36,674 nt of DNA from Macrostomum lignano (taxonomy: Eukaryota). Below, one piece after another: positions 23,779 to 36,674 of this stretch; position 1 is the stretch's first letter; the number at the start of each line of letters is the position of its first letter. A model generated the notes under the pieces. That model searched no databases. It worked only from the letters and a program-made list of their open reading frames with translations, and was not told the origin of the DNA. The stretch covers positions 1 through 36,674 of the forward strand of contig NIVC01004079.1 in the NCBI GenBank assembly GCA_002269645.1, written 5' to 3'. Made by a program: the position numbers and the translations under genes.

Positions 23779-25495
23779 CCGGTGTTCAGATCCCTCGGAC
23801 AAATTATAAACTTTATCGCCCAAACAATTTGGTTTCTGCTTAAATATTTTTGCAACCCATATAAAATATATATCTTAAATATACTGTATACAACAAAGTG
23901 CCTTTATATCTCCTATTTGTTCAATGCTTAATGTTTTCGCCTCGAAAGTGCCGAAATTTCGCTATAAATTTTGATTCAACAAATTCGGAGGCTTCCAGTT
24001 TTACCCAGCCACCTCCACAAATGATGGCACCAGGTTGTGAAAATCTGAAGGCAGTAGGATTTTCCAATCAGAATTTATGCGACAATTATCGGCACTTTGA
24101 GAGACTTCTTTACGATATGCCTTTGTTTTAAAGTGCCGATAATTGTGGTATAACGTGTGACAAGCAGGTCCTATTGACGTCAGCTTTTCACAGTATGCTG
24201 CTTTTATCTAAACGAAGGACAGTGTGAAATTTGAGACATCTTCGATTTTTCTATCAAACGTTATGGCAAAAAGTTCGGCAATTTTGATCTCGAGCCCTGG
24301 ATCTCGATCAGCAACTTGTTTTCATTATGCAGCACAAGAATTGTACTTTTGTACTTTTGCTCCACACTAATCTGGCATGAGCTGCGGGGGCTTACCAAAC
24401 TCTAGTCTGTAATGAAGAAGCAGTCACGTTTGAGGTAATTCTCAATTCGAATAGCAAGAAATTGCAGCGATGTGCATCGGCATTGAGTCTCTAATACGCT
24501 CTTGATAAGCTCGCCTTCATCATTAAGCCGGCGCGCCTGAAGCTAGTCGAGAGGGATCAGAGACAGCACTGGGCGACACTCAACGCTTATTTTTGCGCCT
24601 AAGAATCATCAAACAGGTGGCTACAGTTGCAGATGCTACTGCGCTAAACAACAACTGAAATTTTAATACATTGTCTAAACGATGCTCAGTAGAAAGTACT
24701 CAACATTTGAGTCGGATGTTTTGTCGCAAAGACAGATACAGTACTAGTACAAACAGCTTTAGTGTTGTGTTTTTACTTTGATCGGCTTTGTGTAGAAAGC
24801 ATGTTTCTCCTTCCTTAAAGAACTCTTTTAGGGTGAATGAGTTTCCAAATCTGACAGCAGACCATAGCATTGATTTGTGTCCCGAATTTGGCATTTGCGT
24901 CACTTATTTGTAATATTACCTCCAATTGGGGGCGATAAGCAGCATCGCATGACAACCAGAGTCAGACGAACCTGCAGTCAGAACTGACAGATAACCAATG
25001 TCTACAGAGTATCCATCAGCCAGTCCAGCATCAAATGCATCAACTGACAAGGTTAAGTACTTTCTGGATTATTTTAAATGCAAAACTTCGCAGGAAAATG
25101 GGAAAACTTCAGAGATAAGAAAACTGCCGACGCGAAGACGCCCTCTCTTGGCGTCATAGCTCATAGCTCGTTATTTTCTGTCACTAATTAAAGCTTTGCG
25201 TAGCCTTGAGAGTGAGTTTCTGGCCAGCCGCCGCCTTTTCGCTTCCTTGGATTTGCACTTTTCTCTCTGGCACGCTCCTGCCGGCTCACGTGACTGCACG
25301 CGACGGGCGGAGTAATTATGCTTATTAAAGCAACTGCAGCTGACGACTTAGAAATCTAATAGTTGAGCATTAATAGAATTAGAAATATAAGACGCATCTT
25401 CGTCCACATACTAAAAATGGTTCATATGCGTGCTGGTGAGGCTGCGCGAGTTCACTCTGACGTGCTTTCAAAGCTTCTCCATCCGCATGGCACAA

Positions 25496-25956
25496 TGCGA
25501 ATGGGCGGTGGTCGAAACCGTCCTGCTCTACAACGCCGAGACTTGGACGCTGACGGCTACGCTGGAGCGGCAGCTGGACTCAGCGCACTCAGGGCTGCTC
25601 CGTGCGGCCTTTCGAGCTGACGAGAGTGTCGGGACCGAGGCCCTGTACGATCGGGCCAAGCTGCAGCGCCCGTCCATCATCCTGCGCCGGCGGCGACTTT
25701 AACTGGCGGGCCACGTGATCCAGGCCGAAGGCTAGCCCCCAACCTGTTCAGGACGTCCTGCTGCTCACCCTGCAGGGCCCGCTCAGGCGGGGTCAAGCCC
25801 AAACCCCTAGATACGTGGACTGCCTCCTACGCGACGCCGGGGCGCCCGACACTGCCAAAGGCGCGACTTCGTTCGCTCTCAGGCTCTGCGGCGCGCAATC
25901 TGACGCACCCTGCTCTGTGACTTTGCTTCCGGGGCTGCGTAATTTGTTGTTTTTGT
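25496..25956 (+). mobile_element. Degenerate 3' fragment of an RTE-like LINE
   Basis: AVVETVLLYNAETWTLT...LD...LLRA...RRRRL*LAGHV matches the RTE-clade post-RT region; internal stops and frameshift; ttgttgtttttgt tail; candidate 9-bp TSD atggcacaa at 25487-25495 and 25957-25965. Confidence 0.75.
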
Positions 25957-27327
25957 ATGGCACAAGTTAAAATATCAAGTACATGTAATATCAGCGGTGC
26001 ACAGTTAGAGTACATTCTGTCTCAGCCAGTGCGCCTGGGCGAGAGTTGGAAAAACTTGCGCCATCACAGTGTAGTGAGCTGAAGTCGTGCAATCGCTCTC
26101 GCCAAGGCTCTGAGACGGCGATTTTCAATGTTGCTGAGTGCAGATGCAGCTGGTGAAAATTGGAAGGATTTAATAAAAATATTTCAAACACCTTACTGTG
26201 AGTAGTAAAATGCATCACACAATAGTTTTCATACAATTAAGATGTTTATATTTGCTGGTTAATATTTCGAATTAACACCTGGAAGAAAGATGCTGGTTTA
26301 TGATGTTTTTAAACAAGCTCCTCCATCAGCAACAGGCCGACCATAAATGAAACAGATGCCCGAATGCTTTCTGTGGTGTTTTTGACGCATTTTTACCTAC
26401 TATCCGAGTACGATAATTAGCCTAGACAGCCTGAGATGCCATAAAGCAGATGAGCGCACTCAATTGTATGTACAGTAGTTGATGTCACTATTAGAGTCGT
26501 ATTTATCTGTCCATGACTCAGACGCGCCACTGCTTCAGCATGAACCGCGAGCTGTCACGCATATTTACCCCTAGTCAGCTCAGTATTGCCCCAATTTGGC
26601 TAAATCTTATAATTATTTGCTCGGCTCGGACAGCAAAAAGCAAACTGGCAAACTATGAGAGCCTGAATGCGAAACGGAAGCTCACAGCAGGCAGCTAAAT
26701 AAATAGAATTAGAACTGGGCACTTTGCGATGGACGTCAAAATATTTTTTCCTAGTTATATTTTCTAGCCTCACAGTAATTCAGTACACGGTATAATTTCA
26801 AACAAAATTTGTACCACCGACAGGACAGTAAGCAGCCTTACTTGACGCACTGAGTTCAGCATTCAACTTTCATTACATGGTAGTTGCGTTCAATATGAAT
26901 ATATAAAATCATTATAACAAAGCACGCAAATGACTTGATTTTTATTAAAAACTGCAGCAGTGTTAGATGGTGACATTGACCAGTTTAAAAAGACTGCACA
27001 GAGAGTAATGGTGCTCATTATTGAGGTGCTGTATTGTGAGCGGCTGTTACAGTATTATCATAAAGAAAAATGAATGGCGCAATTATAACTCTAATTGGAT
27101 AAAAGACGTCAACTGTACGACATCAAGAAACTGATAGTGACTTATTTTCATGACTGTCTGTGCCGTTAAAGCCGCTGATAATTTGGAATCTGAGTAAAAC
27201 ATTTCCTTAGATAGTGAAGGAAATCCAACTGAAACAACTATGTACTAGTTTTCCTGTGGACTGATGCAAACTCGAGACTGATCTCTCTCTCTTGATTAGC
27301 ATGGCGTATATCGAATCAGAGTCTTAC

Positions 27328-30256
27328 GTGCCCTCTCTTCTATCCACTTCAATCTAAAAACTCTGCACAGTATGAAACCAAGTAGCAGTAGCATTGAGAT
27401 TGAAATGTCCTGCAATAGTTCGCTAGAATAGCGGATTAAGCTTTCTGCTGTACAAAATGAAAGCACAGGCTGGGCAGAAGTCTCAATTCGAATGACAAAC
27501 CATTTACACTGGCCGCTGTTGCGGAACCCACCTCTGACTGGCCTGGGGCAGCCGCCCCGGGCGGTGGCGGTAAACGCGATAGGGCTTGGACCCTTCGTCT
27601 GCGCTGCCGAATCTTGGTTAGCAAGTCGGTCAGCAGGTCGTGGAGCGCCGGCTCCATCTCGCCACTCTCCAGCAGGTCGCCAGCGTGCGCTTCAAAGAAG
27701 TCCGCATTGACGGCGATGAAGCGCTCTACGCTGCCTCGAACTGCGTCCGGTGAGGCGAACACGCGGCTGGTCCGGCGGAGAACGGCAACTGCTGACACGA
27801 CCGAGCGGAACCAGGCCCACAGAAGGCATGCCTGATGGTAGGAGCCATGATCGGGGCAGGCAGGTTGGTGCTGCTGCGGTTTCGCGGTGATTGCGCTGAA
27901 GCTACAGTTGGACGACGCGTCGAACGATTCGAGTCGATTCCACAGTTCCGTGTTGTGCTGCAGTCTCGCGAAGAACTGTACGGGGTTGAGCTCTCGGACC
28001 AGGCGTTTCAGCGCCTCTTCCGTGCACAGAATTTGCCGACCCTCTGACGCCTGGTTGACTTCAGACGCGAGCAGCTTCTCAATATTATGTTGAGAGGCAG
28101 CGGTGTCGCTCAGCAAAGCTACGGTTTGTGCAACCAACCGCATGCGCGGCATGCGTACTGTTGAGTACGAAGCGTAGGCGATGCTTCTCATGTCGCGTGC
28201 GCTCACATTGGCAACAGCCTGTTGTAACTGCTCGACGCCTCGGGCCAGAGTTTGATATCCTACGATGTCGGATAGTTCGGAGCTGCTCAGCTCTTTGTAA
28301 AATCCGTTCAGCAGATCGAGATCGATATCAGTAAAGTCGGCAGAGCCCGAATGCCTTAGACGCTTCGTTAGATGAATGATTGCTTGGGCGGAAGATACTG
28401 CAAATCTGAAGTGCACGAGTACCAATTCGAGTCCTCTCTGTTTGCTCGCGGTGGCTACCGGATTCCAAAATGTGTTGTCAGGCATATTGTGGTGCCTAAT
28501 AAGACTCAGATGGGACTGAAAGGCGACTCGCTTAGAAAATCTGGCGTTGTGAATCAGCAAAACCTCGCTGAAGTTTAGCACAATCTGGTCGCATAAAAGC
28601 AGCATCAATGTGTCTAGCACGTGAGTTAGAAAGCTTTGAAAACTGGAAACGCTGCCAGAACAAGTTGGGCCCAAGAGGCACAAAATTCCCGCGACACATC
28701 GCAGATCCCGAGTCGCCTTTATCATCGCTTCAGATTTATTAATCTCGTACAAATCTACGAGATCGGACAGATAAGCTTGCAGACTTGCTTCCAATGTGGT
28801 TAGACCTCCGTTTTCTACCGGCTGGAGGCGCAGTACCTGATTTTTAAAGAGATTAACCGCCACGTCCAGATAAATGCAGTCGCCTTCGTGCAGCGCTCCG
28901 GCTGGTGAAGTCGCCGCAAGATCGAAACATCTGCGACACCGTCCTCTAGACGGGCTTTCGCTTCCGAGTACAACCTGCCAAGTAACTTCTGTCGGAGCTC
29001 ATCAAACAGGCGATTCACTCGGAACAGACTGACCATGTCGGGAATCAGCTGACAGAGCGCTGGGTCTGAAAAATCTAATCGCCGAACCAGTCGATCGAGC
29101 AGCACAATGAGGTTTGTAAGGAGGCCAGGAATGTCAACAAGGTGCCTGCAGATTGATCTAGGCTCCCCTGTGAAATGCTGCACTACCGACTTCAGCAAAG
29201 TGAATGTCTGACTTGTGATCTCCTCTGCGCTGAGGTTGATTATGTATCCGTAAGCCGAGTATAATACAAACTGGAGAATCTCTAACGAGTAATACTTGTA
29301 GTTGAGCTGAAGTATAAGCTTTCCATTCTCCTTTAGCAGCTGGCTTTTGCTGTCCTGTGGCCAGGAGCGATGCTTATATAGTCGAATAAAGTCATGGAGC
29401 AGAAACGAATGGCACGGAATGAGCGAGGCTGAGTTTGATAGTCTCAAATGAACGTCGACGCCAACCGCAAACGACTGGGCCAGCAGCAGGCAGGCTGCTT
29501 CCACATTTGACGGCTGCCATCTCAGGCCCCAGTAGCCGAACGCAAACGGGCATAGACAGGGATCGTACCGGACAGTCTTCCAGTCAATTGGAGCGGCGAG
29601 GATGTGCACCCAACAGTTGACCACGGAGTTGTGCTGGGCTAGCTCTTTCAGAGCCTTGGCACGCCAGTCAGAAAAGTCGCGCACCTCGCCAATCAACCGA
29701 CAGTGCTGACACTGCTCGGACCGGCAGAAAGCCTCGTTGAGCTGGTCGACGGCGCTAGTGTCACACTGGGCTGCCAGACGCTCCTGCGCAGCTAACCGCT
29801 CTTGACTATCGCTGGAGGCGTTCTTTCGTCCATTCAAGTGCACTCCGAGAAAGTCTTGATAGTACAGATGCAGCATTTCGTTCGGCAGACTATAGAGAGC
29901 ACTGCTGTACCATGCTCTAAGGTGCGTGCTTACCGTGCGGAGCTACTCTCGCCCCTACTTGCATTTTGTCGAGGGTTTTAAACTCTCCCTGATGAATGGT
30001 TTTAAGGCGTCTATTGCCACGCCTAAGGGGTAATTTAAAGCACACGTTGCACAAGCACTCGTCTGTTCTCGTCCTAGATTGCAGAATTTCTTTTGTGACA
30101 GTGTTGCGGCTTCGCTTCACAGTGAGTCACACCAGACGCGAGGTTAAAATTCCTGAGCAGTTGAAAATTCTGTCTGATTTGGACACTGTCTGCTGCTGCG
30201 CAGCGTTTGTACCGTATTATTCTATCGGTGAGAACAACAGCACGCTTCGGGCAAGA
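27328..30256 (-). CDS. Large multi-exon gene for an unrecognised, mostly alpha-helical protein (at least about 860 aa); exons 30256-30133, 30022-29959, 29889-28884, 28836-27532, 27409-27328; both ends open
   Basis: Two long overlapping ORFs (353 and 475 aa) with protein-like Leu-rich composition. Flanking small exons join in phase through GT-AG introns (110, 69, 122 nt). The junction between the two big ORFs needs a 47-nt GC-AG intron or a frameshift. Confidence 0.7.
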
Positions 30257-32271
30257 CTATATTCTTGAAGATTGTTGTACAAGCTTGTCCTCGGTTCTTA
30301 CAATTGTCAGCTCTACTTTGCGAATGGAAAAGCTAGACGAGTGCGACAGTTGATGAGTGGAAGAATAACTTTCCAGACGAAAGTTGGGGTGGGTCGTCGC
30401 TTTACATAGTCGTGCGGCTGCCAACCCCATGCAGTGCTAACCAATAGGCGCCGAAAGGCAGCACAGCACAGAGAGGGCGAAGCGCAAGGGTTCACACAAA
30501 TTGTCCGCGGGCTTGAGCTTGGCCCCTTACTTTTAATCGCCAACCCCCCTGAGCTTTAAACCTTACCTATAGATCGTGCGTGCGCAAATACAGACAGACA
30601 GAAGACACGGAAAGACGGCCAGAATAGAAGGCAGGGCCAGGAAGCCAAAAATCTCAGACAACCAGGCCAAGTATGCAATGATTGTGCGCTCAGGGCTGAA
30701 ACAGTGGGCAGAGCAAATCGCCTTAGAAATTGGACCAGAATTTTCTCTTTCACTGGCCGCTCATTTCGATAGCATGCGTGTGCGCAAGAGAGCCCAACGC
30801 ATAAGACTGCATCGAAACGTTATGCTGCATATGCAAAAGAAGCGATTTCCGCTCTCGCGTTTCAACCTTCAAGCCGAACCTTGCGGTCCCGAGTCTACAT
30901 GTAAAACGCTAGCCGGTCCCCGTGACCAGGAAGCTCAGCCGAATTCCTCAGAACAGCTTTGTATTTTTTCGCGAATTGCAACTGCTTCTGACTATTGAGG
31001 CGTTAACTTTAAAGAGAGAATTTGCATAAATGCAACCAAAAGAAATAAAAAATATTAACCCCAGCAGGCACTGAGTATTGGCCTTACGCTTCGCATAAAA
31101 CAAACTGTATCAGTGCACTTACATGCTTGACTATATACCTTGCTGCAGCTAAACTGCGCACATGGAAATAGGGCAAACGAGAAACTCAATCGATTGCAAT
31201 ATACAGTACGAATAGAAGGCCGCTGGTTAAATGACTGCCGGTGGAGTCAATAATGCAGGGAGAGCAGTTGCTATGCGCAAAGCCTCTATAGTTCTACCAA
31301 GCGCGATTGTTCATTGCAAAATGCAGCAGTGAAACTTGAATCTTTCGAGTGAAATCATTTTACTTGAGCAAGCGCATTAGTTACTCCTTATTTAGTAATT
31401 AATCGGGCAGCTTCAGATTGTTGTTTGTTGACCACCTGTCTACGCCCCTGAGTACAGCATAGCGGACCAATGCAGATTAAATTGATTGCAGCTAAATGGT
31501 CACAGGGCAGCTGACAGTATGCAAACTGCTTACAACAGCAGGCAACGGCGAAGACGAAGCTGTGTCACCCTTTGGGATCGGTTTGGGATCAGTTCCTTTT
31601 TGCCGCTTCATGGACTAACAACGACCACTCGAAGTTACACCATTGCATCTGGACGTGTCAGGATCGCTTTCAATGGACAGTTGAATATTTATTTCAAAAG
31701 CTTATTTCTAATAAAAGTTTTTCGACTAGATAGGAACCTTAATTGTCTGGTCTTCGCAAAAATTCATCTCTGAGATCAGCCCTTAGGAATATCCAACCTC
31801 TGCTGCTTTGTTATAACCTCGGCATGCTTTTAGATGAAGAACTTGCGTAAGCACTACTTAGAGTAGGAAAATGATCGTTGATTCTCTGTGCTACCGGTAT
31901 CAACTCGCAAATTTCATTTCTACACGCAGTAGAAAATGAAGGATATTGTGCCGAGTCTCATAGGCATTCTCAAAACTGTTGCCTAGAATTTAATTGTTTT
32001 AAGACTGATGGTCTCTGAGAAATCTCAGATTTGTTAGAGTTGCTTGCGTTTATCACAATTTTAATGAATACATGCGACTCGGTTTTCTTGCAGCTACAAA
32101 TTGCATGTCTCTCAGCATGCGGCCACATGAAGAATAGATTGTCGCCGATAATGAAAAATTGATCTGAAATTTAATCAGCCACGGTCACGCCATGGCAAAC
32201 CCGAAATCGAAATGATTTCACTTCTGACGACCGACCTGATGAGACAAGAGTGAATCAGAATTCAGCAGCTT

Positions 32272-32423
32272 TTAGTTGCAGCTCGGTCTCACGTTGGCTG
32301 CGTTGACGTTGAGGGCCAGGACCAGGTGGCTTCTGTTGAAGGTCCAGAAGCTCCGCGGCATATAGTTGGAAGGCCAGTGACCACCGAAGTGCATGCGGTC
32401 GATGTGCGGATGAAATTTGAAGG
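32272..32423 (-). CDS. Possible terminal exon of an unidentified gene
   Basis: After acceptor gctaag| the frame reads FKFHPHIDRMHFGGHWPSNYMPRSFWTFNRSHLVLALNVNAANVRPSCN*; locally GC-richer; in phase with a donor A|GTGAAT about 45 nt upstream. No family recognised. Confidence 0.3.
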
Positions 32424-34633
32424 CTTAGCAGGGCTGTACTGAGGCGCACAGAGTGGTACTAAATTCACTAGCTTGTAAAAGATATTCTGGCGGAATCGTT
32501 GAATATCTTGAAGGTCGACTGGAGGGGTGCTTGAGAAGGAACACAACAATATAAGTTAGCTTGGCCCGTCTTTTCTTGAATTTCGTGTTTGCCTGAGTCG
32601 CTGCATGCATTCTGCTGGCTCAGCAATTCAGGAGAATCGTTTTACATGCTACGTCATGCTACATGTATTGCCGGGGGGGAATGACAGCGATATTTAGACA
32701 CGAATGTCCATGGCAAAAGTCTAAATATAAGTGCGTAAGCATAAAGAGGTAGAGATAGTAGAAGTTCATGCTAATTGCCAAAGCGAGAAAGGTTTCAAGG
32801 TTTGAGACACTATAGCTCCATCGTTCTAAAATGATATTTTGGAACACTGAAAATGACAGCAAGAATAACCTGCACCGGTCTTCAACGAGGCGGAGAACAG
32901 GAGAAAGATTGCGCCTGCCTACCGGAGTTCGGGTAAGAACTGCAGTGTTTGGCCTGTCTTAAAGCTATTCAAAAGGATATTTGAGAAATAAATGCAACGG
33001 GGACGGACTATCTGGTCTGCATGTCCAACGCACGTACATGTACATGTACATGCACACCGTAGCTACAGCTGTAGCCGATCGCTAGGCCTTGAGCCTGCGA
33101 GGTTGAGAGTCTTCAAGTCTTGTAATCAAAGCTACTAGCTGACAGATGCAGTGCCAGATTAAATCCGGATTTTCGTTGGATTATTTTTAGTGCATACATC
33201 GAATGTACATGCATATATGTTAAGAGATATAACAGTAGCTAAAAGATTAATCAATTACAAATTTTCTTGACAAGTCACGAATATCTAAATCTCTCTATAT
33301 TGCTCTGTTTTTTTCTCAAGAAAATCTCAAAAACGATCAGAAGGACAGGATTAAATAATAAACGCCATGTAAAAAATGCATCACTTAGTGAATTTCTGCA
33401 GTGTAGTTCGACTTTATGCGAAAATTTAAGAGCACAATTTCAGTTACATCATTTCATTACAAAAAATTATGTACTATATAGAAAATTTCACTTATTTTAG
33501 TTTTTTTAAAGAAATTGTAAAATACAAAAGAGCCAAACGTTGTGTGGAATTATACTTTTGTCGTTATTTTTAGTTGAATAATAACAAAGTAAAGATCACA
33601 ACTTTTTAAAAAATCTGTGCAACTCTATGTGAAGTCATTCAAAGAATCTTTACTCTTTAGCTTTACTAAAATATGAATTTGAAAGCTTTTATTCGAAGTT
33701 TCGAACCACGGTTAATAATTTAGCTATTTTAAATTTGGGTGAAACCGTTCTCACTTCACTGAGTCCAAGGAAAAATCCAAAGATAAAAATTTAAACTTAT
33801 ACGAAACGGAGATCGAAGGTAGAACTTAGTATACGGAAGTGACTTAACATTTTAATTAATTTAGCAATTAAGTGATACTAATTAACTTCGACTCTATTCT
33901 CTTCATCCCTGTCTTCCTAAAGGAATCTCAAGCTCACTCTTTAGTCTTTGCACTACTGAATCTTGTAAGTCTATAAATAATCTATCGAAAAATGCTGGAG
34001 ATCAAAAAAAAATAATTTCAGAATAATGGATAGGCAGGTTTTTTGTTTGTTTAAACTGTAGTTTCTGTGTTAAATAGGCCTAGTTTATTTGAAGTTATCA
34101 TTAATTTGCAACCCCAAAAGTAACTGGTGTGATTGTTAAAGAAGCAAAGTTTTTTATTTTATCCTAAATTTATACTGTAATAATAAATAGGTATAGAAAT
34201 GCAATAATTGTGTCGCTTAAAAAGTATTCATTTGTCTGCTGGCACATTTTATTGCAGTCAGCACTTTCAGAATTTTATAATCATAGCCTATAGCATTTGA
34301 CAAAGTACAAAAAATTAACTTTTTTCAATTTTGGCAGCATTAATTTTTACAATTTAAAATGAAATGTTACATCTAAATTTAACTGCTTGAATTGGAATTG
34401 CCATTTAATTTGAAATAAACTAAAATATTTTAGAATATTTTTTGATTAATGAATTATCAATTTGTTATTATTTTTTATAAAATGCAGCTTTAGTACAAAT
34501 TGAGTGAACAACCTTTTCAGCGAATTAAATAATCAGTGAATATTATAAACTAAAAAGGACAACAAGATAAAAATGCTTGCGCGCGGCCACAAGTGTCCAG
34601 ACTTCCCCATCTGGGAGCCAGCTGATCCAGCAA

Positions 34634-36075
34634 ATGAACAACTTGCAGTTCACTAGCGATGGAGCCGACTGGCAGCCGGAGTCGCCGAAGGAGCAAAAGA
34701 GAAATTTAGCTGAAGAAAATCCCATAGCCATTATAGAAGCCTTGTACCAGCGATACATATCGCCAGATAATGAGCCAAAGGTCAAAAGCGTTGAGGCAAT
34801 CGAAAAACAGCTATGGGATGTTGTCAATAGTGAAAAGAGCGAAGAACTGCAAGTGAAGGAGAAAAGAAATGGTAAGGAGACTGGCTGGGTGCATTTTCCA
34901 ACTCTAACAAAGGAAAAAAGTACCTTTAGTGCTTAATTCATTCTTACACTATAGCTAAAAATTCGGAAATGGAAATAGAAAAAATTTCTTCCGAAAATAC
35001 ATTACAGTCTTCTGCAATGTTTTGTGCATATCTCCGATCAAACATTACAGATCCGAGTCCTGGCCCCACCGCTGATGAGCAGCCTGCATTGTAAGTCAGA
35101 TTTTTTTTCTTACACTCTTGATCAACTGCTGACTCTTGATCAACTGCTGACTCTTGATCAACTGCTGACTCTTGATTAACTGCTGACTCTTGATCAACAG
35201 CTGACTCTTGATCAACTGCCGACTCTTGATCAACTGCTGACTCTTGATCAACTGCTGACTCTTGATCAACAGCTGACTCTTGATCAACTGCCGACTCTTG
35301 ATCAACTGCTGACTCTTGATCAACTGCTGACTCTTGATTAACTGCTGACTCTTGATCAACAGCTGACTCTTGATCAACTGCCGACTCTTGATCAACTGCT
35401 GACTCTTGATCAACTGCCGACTCTTGATCAACTGCTGACTCTTGATCAACTGCTGACTCTTGATCAACAGCTGACTCTTGATCAACTGCCGACTCTTGAT
35501 CAACTGCTGACTCTTGATCAACTGCTGACTCTTGATTAACTGCTGACTCTTGATCAACAGCTGACTCTTGATCAACTGCCGACTCTTGATCAACTGCTGA
35601 CTCTTGATCAACTGCCGACTCTTGATCAACTGCTGACTCTTGATCAACTGCCGACTTTTGATCAACTGCTGACTCTTGACTAAACTTTTGATCTACTGCC
35701 GACACCTTAGCCCACAACAATAAAACTTATTGCAATAATTCCCTCTCACAAATGAACGCAGGCAAATCTCTTTCCCTGAGATGGCTTTGAAACCAAACGG
35801 TGGAGACGCAGTGACGGCAGCCCACGTCAACCTATTGCGCAATGACAGCCTGTGCGACATATTCACGTGCAGTGGGCTGTTCCAGCCGAATTGCGACAAC
35901 CAAACAGCCCTAATGATTCTGGCGAGCCGACAAGACCTCTCGGGTGTTGAATATTGCTGTTTGTTTCTAAAAGATGGCGACGGCGACTCGCTATTCGGAC
36001 CTCTAGTCGAGTCCGCTCTGCTACAATCCGAGCAGATATTTCGACACCTGTTAGAGAAGCTCTGTCGCAATGGAT
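34634..36075 (+). CDS. Ankyrin-repeat-like protein; exons 34634-34871, 34955-35090, 35762-36075; probably continues downstream
   Basis: Donors G|GTAAGG, TT|GTAAGT, T|GTGAGT and acceptors actatag|, aacgcag| give phases 1, 2, 1 in one open frame. Exon 3 contains PNCDNQTALMILAS...ESALLQSEQIFRHLLE (ankyrin-like helix pairs). The start codon is uncertain. Confidence 0.6.
35114..35703. repeat. Intronic 18-bp minisatellite tcttgatcaactgctgac, about 32 copies
   Basis: Direct inspection; lies inside predicted intron 35091-35761. Confidence 0.97.
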
Positions 36076-36626
36076 GTGAGTAAAATATGTTGCTAAAACA
36101 CAATTCTAAACTTTTTTTAAACTATTTTTTTAACTAAGAATTCAGCGCATGCAAAAAACACAACAAAAACTGTGTATCAGAGCAGCCTTGTAGAGTTTCA
36201 CAGTGGCTGTTTATTGTTTATGACAACATACAGAGCAATACTCAAGAGCACTGTAGGTCAGCTCTCAAGACTCGGCTGCACTGTTGCGTTTTTGCTGCTC
36301 AAAAAAGGCTACGTCCCTATTCCGGCTCTCTAACCCTATCTTTAACGCTGCTATTGTGTAGTCTTGTCGCCTTAAAAAACAAATCTTAAGAAAGAATGAT
36401 GAGAATTTCTGTCTTCATAGTGCTGCTAGGCAGAAAGGCTCACGCTTTCGTTCGGGGCTTTAACCGCTCTTATTATCCGATCTCGCTGAGCATTATACGT
36501 TCAACTAATGATGCTAATTACTTGCAGTTGGCTTAGTCTGAAATAACCTAGTTGAAAGTCTAGAGCCATAAGCAATTAAATTAGGGGACTGCGAAACACA
36601 AGTTCAGAGCAATGACGAGTCAAGGA

Positions 36627-36674
36627 AGTGCCGGATTGTGTTTGATAGAGTGCCGGATTGTGTTGATAGAGTGC
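36627..36674. repeat. Start of a 21-22-bp tandem repeat (agtgccggattgtg(t)ttgatag) running off the window
   Basis: Two copies plus a partial copy. Confidence 0.75.

Noticed and set aside
30556-30998. Hydrophobic minus-strand frame ending at a GTAAGG donor, and the plus-strand 140-aa ORF
   Set aside because: Neither could be linked in phase to neighbouring exons, and the strand is ambiguous.
34944-35720. 258-aa (QESAVD)n and 189-aa (LIKSQQ)n minus-strand ORFs
   Set aside because: They derive from the 18-bp array, which sits in a well-supported intron of the plus-strand gene.

Overview
Eukaryotic (metazoan invertebrate) genomic DNA. It carries spliced genes with short GT-AG introns (about 70-120 nt), transposon relics and many minisatellites. 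The composition and repeat load resemble the flatworm Macrostomum, but that is an impression and not a database result. Hand-built, splice-phase-consistent models: (1) two cadherin-like exons at the left edge; (2) a two-TM NIT-domain guanylate-cyclase-family gene (3300-5684, -, about 670 aa) whose cyclase active site looks dead on both halves; (3) an NR1J/HR96-type nuclear receptor (8291-9887, -); (4) a polyQ exon of an unknown gene; (5) a large orphan helical-protein gene (about 27.3-30.3 kb, -); (6) an ankyrin-repeat-like gene (34.6-36.1 kb, +). Mobile DNA: a recent 5'-truncated LOA/Lian-like LINE with intact RNase H and a perfect 16-bp TSD, a dead THAP/P-element transposase, an RTE-like fragment and a hAT-like MITE. 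The two most notable leads are the NIT pseudo-cyclase and a 36-bp tandem array that reads as signal peptide-KKK-([12 protein letters not shown])n, a possible RYamide-type neuropeptide precursor interrupted by the LINE. There is no CRISPR array, rRNA or tRNA.
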